From Oscillibacter sp. (GTDB lineage Bacteria; Bacillota; Clostridia; Oscillospirales; Oscillospiraceae), in assembly GCF_009773995.1 (NCBI RefSeq), contig NZ_VSMY01000002.1: a stretch of DNA of 44,570 nucleotides; one strand, 5' to 3'. Position 1 is the first letter of the stretch, and each line of letters starts with the position of its first letter. A program made the position numbers and the translations under genes. The notes under the pieces were generated by a model. It was not told the DNA's origin, did not search any database, and was given only the letters and a program-made list of their open reading frames with translations. Positions 37,118-44,570 of this stretch are shown in pieces.

Positions 37118-38104
37118 TTATAATGAATCTATAAATGCTTCCGCCTCCCGGACGGTGCTGCTCAGATACTCCATTACCTCCACCGGATGCTCCCCCACGG
37201 CGGTCTCTCCGGTGACCATGACGGAGGACGCGCCGTCCAGCACGGCGTTGAAGATGTCGCTGACTTCCGCACGGGTGGGGACGGGATTCCGCTCCATAGA
37301 GGCCAGCATCTGGGTCACCACCATGAAGGGCCGCCCCGCTTCCCGGCAGACGGCGGCAATGCGCTTTTGGAGGGCGGGCAGCTTCCAGAGGGGGCCGGCG
37401 TTTCCCAGGTCTCCTCGGGCGATGACGATTTCATCGGCGGCGGGAATCAGCTCGGAAAGCTTTTCCACGCCCTCCAGGTTCTCGATTTTGGCGAAGAGGC
37501 GGATGTCCCGCCCCCCGGCGGCGTCCAGGGTGTCCCGGACGGCCTCCAGGTCCTCCCGGCCCCGGACGAAGGGCTGCATGACGCCGGTGACGCCGTAGTC
37601 TCGCGCAAGGCGGAGGTTTTCCCGGTCGCTGTCCGTCATGGCGGGGAGATGGACGTCCACGCCGGGGAGGGCGGCGCTTTTCCGGCTTCGGAGCGTTCCG
37701 CCCCGCTCCACTTGGGCCAGGGCCCCGCCGGACAGAGGCTCCGCCACCCGAAGGAGGAGCTTCCCGTCGTCCAGCAGGACCTCCTGGCCGGGAAGCAGAT
37801 GGGGCAGGACGGCGGCGGGCAGGGGAATGTCTTCTCCCAGGCGGACGGAGGTCCCGTCCGTCAATTCCAGGGGGGCCGAAAGCGCGCCCACCCGGAGCTC
37901 CGGGCCCTGCAGGTCGATGAGGAGCTGCGGGCTCACGCCGCAGCGCCGGGCGGCGGCGTGGAGGCGTTCGATCTGCTCCGCCGCGCGGTCAAGGCCCACG
38001 TGGGAGAGGTTCAGCCGCACGCCGGTCATTCCCGCCTGAAAGAGGGACTCCAGGGTTTCCGTATCGGAGCAGGCGGGGCCCAGGGTGCCGTAGATTTGAA
38101 CCAC
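37118..38104 (-). CDS. pyk: Pyruvate kinase, short form lacking the C-terminal domain
   Basis: TLGPA, RLNLSH, DLQGPELR, AKIE, ARGDLG, TQMLASM, PTRAEVSD, GETAVG; ends at 328 aa. Confidence 0.85.
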   Translation of the reverse strand: MVQIYGTLGPACSDTETLESLFQAGMTGVRLNLSHVGLDRAAEQIERLHAAARRCGVSPQLLIDLQGPELRVGALSAPLELTDGTSVRLGEDIPLPAAVLPHLLPGQEVLLDDGKLLLRVAEPLSGGALAQVERGGTLRSRKSAALPGVDVHLPAMTDSDRENLRLARDYGVTGVMQPFVRGREDLEAVRDTLDAAGGRDIRLFAKIENLEGVEKLSELIPAADEIVIARGDLGNAGPLWKLPALQKRIAAVCREAGRPFMVVTQMLASMERNPVPTRAEVSDIFNAVLDGASSVMVTGETAVGEHPVEVMEYLSSTVREAEAFIDSL

Positions 38105-38119
38105 AAAAGCCGCCTCCCC

Positions 38120-39190
38120 TCAGCGGAAGAGGGCCGCCAGGCTCTCGGTGTAGGGGGCCCGGCAGATTCCCTGTTCCGTGACGATGCCGGAAATCAGCGT
38201 GTGGTCCGTCACGTCGAAAGAGGGGTTGTAGCACTTCACGCCGGGAAGGGCCATGGGCTTCTCGTACCAGAGGGTTTTGATCTCCTCCGGGTCCCGGAGC
38301 TCGATGGGGATGTGGTCCCCGTCGGGGCAGCTGAGGTCGATGGTGCTGGTGGGGCCCAGGACATAGACGGGAATTCCGTAGTGCTTCGCCAGAATCGCCA
38401 CGCCGCTGGTGCCGATTTTGTTGGCCGTGTCCCCGTTGGCGGCGATCCGGTCGCAGCCCACGAAGCAGGCCTGGACCCAGCCGTTTTTCATGACCATGGA
38501 GGCCATGTTGTCGCAGATCAAGGTCACGTCCACCCCGGCCCGGTGGAGCTCGTAGCTGGTGAGCCGGGCCCCCTGGAGCAGGGGCCGGGTCTCGTCGGCG
38601 AAGACGCGGATGTGGATACCCTGCTCCGCCGCCAGGAAGAAGGGCCCCTGGGCGGTGCCGTAGCGGGAGGTGGCCAGGGGCCCGGCGTTGCAGTGGGTGA
38701 GGACGCCGTCCCCCTCCTTCAGGAGGCTCAGGCCGTATTCGGAGATGGCCCGGCATTTGACGATGTCGTCCAGGTGGATGTCCGCCGCCTTTTGATACAG
38801 GACCTCCAGCAGGGCGGGGCGAGGGTCTTCCAGGTGGGCGGCGGCGGTCTTCTCCATCTCCCCCAGGGCCCAGCTGAGGTTTACCGCCGTGGGCCGGGAG
38901 GCGTTGAGTTGGGCGGAGTACGCTTTGAGCCGGGCCTGAAAGGCGGCGGGGTCCGGCTCCTCGATGGTCCGGGCCAGGGCATAGAGGCAGTAGGCGGCGC
39001 AGATGCCGATGGCGGGAGCGCCCCGGACCCGGAGTTTTTGGATGGCCTCCACCATTTCGCCGGCGGTTTGGAGGCGGATTTCTTTTTCCTCATTGGGGAG
39101 AAGGCTCTGGTCAATGATATAGAGGGCCTCGGCGGCCTTGTCGTAGCGGATGTTCTGGGCGTGGGTGACGGCTTTCAGGGAGGTAGGCAT
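38120..39190 (-). CDS. mtnA: S-methyl-5-thioribose-1-phosphate isomerase
   Basis: [51 protein letters not shown]. Confidence 0.95.
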   Translation of the reverse strand: MPTSLKAVTHAQNIRYDKAAEALYIIDQSLLPNEEKEIRLQTAGEMVEAIQKLRVRGAPAIGICAAYCLYALARTIEEPDPAAFQARLKAYSAQLNASRPTAVNLSWALGEMEKTAAAHLEDPRPALLEVLYQKAADIHLDDIVKCRAISEYGLSLLKEGDGVLTHCNAGPLATSRYGTAQGPFFLAAEQGIHIRVFADETRPLLQGARLTSYELHRAGVDVTLICDNMASMVMKNGWVQACFVGCDRIAANGDTANKIGTSGVAILAKHYGIPVYVLGPTSTIDLSCPDGDHIPIELRDPEEIKTLWYEKPMALPGVKCYNPSFDVTDHTLISGIVTEQGICRAPYTESLAALFR

Positions 39191-39229
39191 GTGGGCGCTC
39201 CTTTCTTTTGCGGCGGCTGTATGAGTCAG

Positions 39230-39258
39230 ATTGTAGCATAGGCCGCCGGTTTTTGCAA
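39230..39258 (-). promoter_or_regulatory. sigma-A promoter for mtnA-pyk
   Basis: TTGCAA-N17-TACAAT with extended TG. Confidence 0.7.
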
Positions 39259-39276
39259 CGGCTCCGGCCAAGGGAC

Positions 39277-39310
39277 AAAAGCGCCCGGACACACGTGTGT
39301 CCGGGCGCTT
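39277..39310 (-). terminator. Terminator of the ABC-SLH operon (perfect 32-bp palindrome)
   Basis: AAGCGCCCGGACACAC|GTGTGTCCGGGCGCTT. Confidence 0.75.
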
Positions 39311-39331
39311 CTTTGCGGGCTGCTTTGAGAC

Positions 39332-41623
39332 TCAGCGGAAGTCTCCGCCTACTTCTATGGCGCGGATGACGCCGTCGTCGCTGGCGTACATGGTGCATTT
39401 TTGGGCATAGGCGTGGGCAATGTCTACCACGCTTCTGCCTTCCTCGGCGCGGATCCAGCTGTTGCTGTCTTTGTTGTAGGCCATAACCGTGACGGGAATG
39501 GAGTAGGTCCGCCCGTCCACCGTGACGGCGCTCTCTCCGCTCCAGGCGGTGTTGGGCACGTCCTTCAGGACGGTCAGCGGCTTGAGGCTGGAGAAGCTGC
39601 CGGTGCCCGCTTCGTCCACCACCGCGGCCACGTAGACCCCTCCGGCGATGTCGTAATTGCTGCGGAAATAGTCCGTCACCTGTCCCTGGTCGTTGAAGAC
39701 GGCGATGCGCCGGATATCCCGGTCGTCCAATTTTATGGAGGTACGGCCATAGAGGGTTGCGCCGCTGCCCGCGGTCCCCAGGGCGATGATGTCCACCTGA
39801 CCCGCCCAGTTGGTGTGGGCGTAGCTGATCTCACGGTTGGGGATGGGCCCGGCCCCCAGGTCGCTGAGGCTGAGGGTGTCGATGCCGTTCGCCGTGTAGC
39901 GGAAGACGCTGACGGTTTCCGCCAGGCTACTGCTTCCAAGCATCCGCTTTTCCAGATCCAGCGCGCCGGAGACGCCGCCGCCCAAGCGGACCAGGCCGAT
40001 GCGGTTCTTGCCGACGGAGGTGACCCGCACCAGACGGTTCTGCATCCGGGCCAGCTCCTCCTGGCGGAACTGCTCGGCGCGGTCGCTGTAGCTTTCGCCC
40101 AGGTCCACGGTGCCCTTGATCTCAACGCCGCAGAGCAGCTTTACCGTGGCGCTGGTTCCGGAGATGGAGGTGGCGATTCCGATGGCGTTGGCCGAGACGG
40201 CGCCGGGTTTCACCGCTCCGGCCACCTTGTTGTCCTCCGTCAGCAGCAGGGTGATCTGGTCGCCGGGGCGGAACTTCGCCAGGGTGGACTGGGCCGTGGG
40301 CAGCACGTCGAAGTCGTTGCCCAGGACGCGGATGCTGGAGGGCTCCGTGGGGCTGGGAGTGCAGGACTCATAGAAGCCCGTCAGCCGGGTGTCGCAGACC
40401 CGGATGGTGTTTGTGGAGCTGGCGTAGGTGGCCACGTCATAGGGGCGCATGTCCTTGGCGTTGGCCCGGCAGCCGTTTTTGTAGATGGTGTAGCCGCCTA
40501 CTCCGCCGGTGAGGGAGTCGAAGCCCTTGACGGAATTCTTTTCATAGACGATGACCGCCTCGGTGGAGCTGTCTCCGCCGCCGATGAAGATGAACTCCAC
40601 GTTTCCGGCGGTGCCCAGGTACAGGGTCAGGGACGTGCCGGGGTTCACCCAGGACCGGGCCTCGCTCCAGGTGGTTTCCGCGCCTTTGCGATAGACCTTG
40701 GTGCCGCTGGTAACCATATATTTGGTTCCGGAGCGGTCCGTGATCTGGTTGGCCTCCGCCTTGGCTACCGTAACGGTACGGCTGACGCCCAATGCGTCGG
40801 GCAGGAAGGTGCGGACCTTCTGGCCCTCCAGCACCAGCGTGCCCTTCAGGCCGTTGAGGGAGCCGTTGGACGCCTTGTCCCCGGCCATTTGATAGATGGA
40901 GCCGTCGGAGAAGAGCATGGCGGTCTCCTTGCCGTCGGGTCCCCGTGCGTTGGAGGATACCAGGACCATGTCGCTCTTAGTGGTCAGCCCGGCGGCGGTG
41001 AGGAAATTGCTGACGGTTTTATCCCCCTGGACGTCCGCCCGGAGGAGGTTGTTGAACAGGACGGCGGCGTCGCTGCGGCTGAGGGGGGAATTGCCCTTGG
41101 TGGTGTCCACCCCGTCGGTGAGGCCGATGGAGGCGGCGAAGGACAGATAGCTGTCCGGCCACACGCCGCCGATGTTCTCGTCCTTATAGCCCAGAACCCG
41201 GAGGAGAATGGTGGCCGCCTGGCCCAGGGTGACGGTGCGGTCCGGATAGAACTTCCCGTCGGAGAAGCCGGAGATGGCGTTTTTCCCCTTGGAGGCCATG
41301 TTGATGTAGGCCGCCGCCCAGTGGGAGGGCTTCACGTCCGGGTAGACGGTGACGGTGCGGTAGAGGCCCAGCTCGTCCTCGGCGTTCAGGGCGCAGACCA
41401 CCATCTTGCAGAACTGAGCGCGGGTGAGCTGGCCGTTGGGGCGGAAGTTCCCGTCGGAAAAGCCGTCCATCACGCCCATGAGCCGCAGGGACTCCACCTG
41501 GGCGTAAGCGTCGCCCCCCAGGTCGTAGAAGCGGTTGGCGGGGGGCGCGGCCTGGGCGGGCAGAACCAGCAGGGATGCCGCCATGGCCGCCAGAAGCAGC
41601 AGGGACAAGATGCGTTTTTTCAT
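39332..41623 (-). CDS. S-layer homology (SLH) domain surface protein
   Basis: Signal peptide; three SLH repeats (FRPNGQLTRAQF, FYPDRTVTLGQA, LSRSDAA). Confidence 0.88.
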   Translation of the reverse strand: MKKRILSLLLLAAMAASLLVLPAQAAPPANRFYDLGGDAYAQVESLRLMGVMDGFSDGNFRPNGQLTRAQFCKMVVCALNAEDELGLYRTVTVYPDVKPSHWAAAYINMASKGKNAISGFSDGKFYPDRTVTLGQAATILLRVLGYKDENIGGVWPDSYLSFAASIGLTDGVDTTKGNSPLSRSDAAVLFNNLLRADVQGDKTVSNFLTAAGLTTKSDMVLVSSNARGPDGKETAMLFSDGSIYQMAGDKASNGSLNGLKGTLVLEGQKVRTFLPDALGVSRTVTVAKAEANQITDRSGTKYMVTSGTKVYRKGAETTWSEARSWVNPGTSLTLYLGTAGNVEFIFIGGGDSSTEAVIVYEKNSVKGFDSLTGGVGGYTIYKNGCRANAKDMRPYDVATYASSTNTIRVCDTRLTGFYESCTPSPTEPSSIRVLGNDFDVLPTAQSTLAKFRPGDQITLLLTEDNKVAGAVKPGAVSANAIGIATSISGTSATVKLLCGVEIKGTVDLGESYSDRAEQFRQEELARMQNRLVRVTSVGKNRIGLVRLGGGVSGALDLEKRMLGSSSLAETVSVFRYTANGIDTLSLSDLGAGPIPNREISYAHTNWAGQVDIIALGTAGSGATLYGRTSIKLDDRDIRRIAVFNDQGQVTDYFRSNYDIAGGVYVAAVVDEAGTGSFSSLKPLTVLKDVPNTAWSGESAVTVDGRTYSIPVTVMAYNKDSNSWIRAEEGRSVVDIAHAYAQKCTMYASDDGVIRAIEVGGDFR

Positions 41624-41636
41624 AGTCTTCCTCCTA

Positions 41637-42905
41637 TTACTCTGCCCGCAGGGCTTCCACGGGCTGGAGCTTGGATGCCTTAATGGCCGGGTAGCTGCCG
41701 AAAATCAGGCCCAGCAGCACGGAGAATCCCAGGGCCCCCGCCGTCACGGTGACGGGGGGATAGATGGTCATATGGAACAGCAGGTTCCCCGCCGCGTAGC
41801 AGCCCAGGGTGCCGATTAAAATGCCGATGATTCCGCCGATGCCGCAGAGCATGGCCGCCTCAATCAAAAACTGGGTGACGATGCTGCTCCGCTGGGCGCC
41901 GATGGCCCGGCGGATGCCGATCTCCCGCGTCCGCTCCGTCACCGTCACCAGCATGATGTTCATGATGCCGATGCCGCCCACCAAGAGGGAGATGGCGGCG
42001 ATGCCGCCCAGCACCAGGGAGATCATGCCCATCTGCTCGTTCATGCTCTGCTGCCAGCGGTCGTCGGGCTGCACCCAGGAGCCCCCGGTAGCGGGGTCTA
42101 TCAGGCCGTTCAAAAAGCCCCGGATGCGGGTGGCCACCTCCGTGGTGGAGACGCCGTCCTTAGCCTTGACGATGAAGCTGGAGATGTAGTCCCCGCCCAA
42201 AAGCCTCCGGGCGGTGTAGGGCAGGACGATGATGTTGTCGATGGTGCTTCCCTGGGCGTCGCCGCCGGAGAGGCGGGGAGCGTAGAGGCCCACCACCTCA
42301 AAGCTCTGCCCGTTGAGCTGGAGTTCCTTGCCCACCGGGTCGGCGGAGTCGAAGAACGCCTCCGCCGCCTGGGCGCCCAGGACGCAGACCTGGTTATAGC
42401 GCTCAATGTCCAGCTCTCCCAGATCCCGGCCCTTGGTGATGGTCAGGTTGTTGCAGGCGCTGTACTGGTTGGAGACATAGTAGACGTCGGGGGGCCGCTG
42501 GCCGGTCATGTTCCCCATCTCGTCCCAGCTCCACTCAAAGTTGGCGGAGTTTTTGGTTCCGTAGACCACGTTGACGCTGGCCCGGGCCTCCGGCGTGATG
42601 CCCACGATGTACTGGGGGATGGACTTGCAGTAGGCGTACAGGTCCGGGAAGTAGTCCTTTCCCGCCGGGACCCAGTTGCCGTTTTCGTCCTCTACATAGA
42701 CATAGTTGTCGATGCTTACCGAAATTTTATTGCTGCCCATGGCGGAGAACTGCTCCATGGTTTTGGCCGCGTAGCCGCTCATCACCGAGACGATGGTCAT
42801 CACCGCCGCGATGCCGATGATGACCCCCAGCATGGTCAGCATGGACCGGCCCTTTTTGCCGATGATGGATTTCCAGGCCATTTTTACCGCCTGCCGGATG
42901 TTCAA
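41637..42905 (-). CDS. MacB/FtsX-family ABC permease
   Basis: [59 protein letters not shown]. Confidence 0.93.
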   Translation of the reverse strand: MNIRQAVKMAWKSIIGKKGRSMLTMLGVIIGIAAVMTIVSVMSGYAAKTMEQFSAMGSNKISVSIDNYVYVEDENGNWVPAGKDYFPDLYAYCKSIPQYIVGITPEARASVNVVYGTKNSANFEWSWDEMGNMTGQRPPDVYYVSNQYSACNNLTITKGRDLGELDIERYNQVCVLGAQAAEAFFDSADPVGKELQLNGQSFEVVGLYAPRLSGGDAQGSTIDNIIVLPYTARRLLGGDYISSFIVKAKDGVSTTEVATRIRGFLNGLIDPATGGSWVQPDDRWQQSMNEQMGMISLVLGGIAAISLLVGGIGIMNIMLVTVTERTREIGIRRAIGAQRSSIVTQFLIEAAMLCGIGGIIGILIGTLGCYAAGNLLFHMTIYPPVTVTAGALGFSVLLGLIFGSYPAIKASKLQPVEALRAE

Positions 42906-43603
42906 AGCCAGTCCACCTCCTGTTCCTTGTCCTCCACGATTTTCCCGTCCGTCAGCCGGACGCAGCGGCGGGCCGTGGCGGCGATGCCGTTGTCGTGGGT
43001 AATCAGGATGACCGTGGTCCCCTCCCGGTTCAGCTGCTGGAGGAACTCCAGCACCTCGTGGCCCGTCCGGGAGTCCAGCGCGCCGGTGGGCTCGTCGGCC
43101 ATGATGATGGGGGGCTTGGTGGCGATGGCCCTGGCGATGGCCACCCGCTGCTGCTGGCCGCCGGACATCTCCGTGGGCTTGTGCTTGACGCGCTTACTGA
43201 GACCCACCCGGTCCAGGGCCTCCAGGGCCAGGTCGTAGCGGTCGTCCGCGCCGATGCCCTGGTAAATCAGGGGCAGCTCCACGTTCTCCAGCACCGTCAG
43301 GGACTGAATCAGGTTGTACTGCTGGAAGATGAAGCCGATCTCCTTGTTGCGGATGCGGCTGAGCTCCTTGTCCGTCAGTTCCTTGACGTCGGTGCCCTCC
43401 AGAAGGTAGTCCCCCCTCGTGGGGATGTCCAGGCAGCCCAGGACGTTCATCATGGTGGACTTGCCGGAGCCGGACTGGCCCACGATGGCCACGAACTCCC
43501 CCCGCTCCACCGTCAGGGAGACCCCGTCCAGGGCCCGGACCTCGCTCTCAAGACCCTCGCCGTAGATCTTGTAGATGTCCTTTAACTCAATCAGATTCGC
43601 CAT
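42902..43603 (-). CDS. MacB/LolD-type ABC ATP-binding protein
   Basis: [41 protein letters not shown]. Confidence 0.95.
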   Translation of the reverse strand: MANLIELKDIYKIYGEGLESEVRALDGVSLTVERGEFVAIVGQSGSGKSTMMNVLGCLDIPTRGDYLLEGTDVKELTDKELSRIRNKEIGFIFQQYNLIQSLTVLENVELPLIYQGIGADDRYDLALEALDRVGLSKRVKHKPTEMSGGQQQRVAIARAIATKPPIIMADEPTGALDSRTGHEVLEFLQQLNREGTTVILITHDNGIAATARRCVRLTDGKIVEDKEQEVDWL

Positions 43604-43604
43604 A

Positions 43605-44570
43605 TCAGTAACCCCAGGGGTTGGCCGTCTGAATCTGGGTGAAGACCTCGGTGTCTACCTCCACGCCGGACTTGATTTCCACGTTGTAGTTGTCCGAGAT
43701 GCCGATTTCCACGGCCACGGGCCAGAAGCCCTCGGGAATCGTCTCGTCGGCCATGATGCCTTCCACCGCGTTTTCCGGCTTGTCGCCCTTGACGTAGACC
43801 ACCGTCAAGGTCTCGCCCTCCTCGGTGGAGACGGTGCGGACGGACTGGAGGGGCAGCACCAGGCAGTTGTCGTTTTCGCTGGCCGTCAGCTTGTAATTTA
43901 TGTAGCTGTTGACCTGGAGGGTTTCCTCCGCGTTGTCTACCGAGATCACCATGGGATAGGTCGCCACGCCGTTGTTGATGGTACTGGAGAGGCTGACGCT
44001 CTCCACTATGCCCATGGCCGGGGTGCCCCACTGGTCCAGCTCCACCATGGTCCCCGCCTGGACGGCGCTGACGTTCCGCTCGTCCACCGTGGCGTTGACA
44101 ATCAGGGAGGAGGTGTCCGAAATCGTGACCACCGTGGTGTTGGCGGCGATTTCGTCTCCCGGCTTCATGGTGAGGCCGATGACCTTGCCCGCGATGGAGG
44201 CCACGGCGGAGCAGTTGGCCAGATTCTTCTCGGCGGTCTCCAGAGTCTTCTGGGCCTCGTCCAGGCTCTGCTGGGCGGAGTAAATTTCCGCCTCGCTGTC
44301 CTCGCCGTCCACCCGGACCAGCACCTGCCCGGCGCTGACCTGGAGGAAGTCCACCAGGGAGCTGGAGAGGACGGTGCCGTTGACGGTGGATTTCAGGTCG
44401 CCTGTGCGGTAGTATTCCAGCTTGCCGGGCTCATAGGGGTAGATGGTCTCGCCCTCGGCGGTGGTCACCGTGGCGGAGGCCGCCATCTCGGCGGTGAGGG
44501 CTCCCTCATTGTCCACCAGAATGTCGGCGGAGAAGAGTTTGGTGCCCTCCGGGGTGATGCGGCTGACCAT
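43605..44570 (-). CDS. Efflux membrane-fusion/periplasmic adaptor protein (5' part outside the window)
   Basis: Barrel-sandwich and coiled-coil pattern, VDERNVSAVQAG, VEIGISDNYNVEIKSG. Confidence 0.8.
   Translation of the reverse strand: MVSRITPEGTKLFSADILVDNEGALTAEMAASATVTTAEGETIYPYEPGKLEYYRTGDLKSTVNGTVLSSSLVDFLQVSAGQVLVRVDGEDSEAEIYSAQQSLDEAQKTLETAEKNLANCSAVASIAGKVIGLTMKPGDEIAANTTVVTISDTSSLIVNATVDERNVSAVQAGTMVELDQWGTPAMGIVESVSLSSTINNGVATYPMVISVDNAEETLQVNSYINYKLTASENDNCLVLPLQSVRTVSTEEGETLTVVYVKGDKPENAVEGIMADETIPEGFWPVAVEIGISDNYNVEIKSGVEVDTEVFTQIQTANPWGY

Noticed and set aside
39191..39230. SAM riboswitch upstream of mtnA
   Set aside because: The leader from the predicted promoter is only about 30 nt and has no S-box motifs.
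470..41683. Long antisense ORFs (for example 470-2602, 13746-15470, 16537-18534, 21172-23721, 37187-39241, 39401-41683)
   Set aside because: They shadow well-supported genes. GC3-rich coding removes stops on the opposite strand, and the products have no recognisable motifs.
1..44570. CRISPR arrays, tRNA/rRNA genes, IS elements, prophage genes
   Set aside because: I saw no regularly spaced repeats, cloverleaf or rRNA signatures, or transposase, integrase or phage structural ORFs.

Overview
GC-rich chromosomal segment from a spore-forming clostridial bacterium. Gene content and style suggest Oscillospiraceae, which is an inference. It is mostly core genes: efp, rnj, a DNA-repair/translation cluster (radC-uvrB-yjbR/mmcQ-eamA-ybaK-uvrA-era-yqzL-recO-mutS2), udp, csoR-copA, pdaA, mtnA with a short pyk, and a MacAB-like ABC exporter with an SLH protein. 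I found no rRNA, tRNA, CRISPR array, integrase or transposase. The unusual signal lies in small AT-richer inserts between core genes. (1) Two paralogous XRE micro-cassettes flank uvrA. Each has a perfect leftward TTGACA-N17-TATAAT promoter, its own operator-like inverted repeat centred at the same position, and a shared 22-bp block that looks like an internal outward promoter. (2) Directly upstream of uvrA is a multi-hairpin element with a perfect 16-nt pyrimidine/pyrimidine/purine intramolecular triple-helix motif. (3) An orphan type-I-antitoxin-like sRNA overlaps a decayed toxin remnant beside a third XRE gene. Also notable are a hybrid histidine kinase with a degenerate ATP-binding domain and a pyruvate kinase lacking its C-terminal domain.
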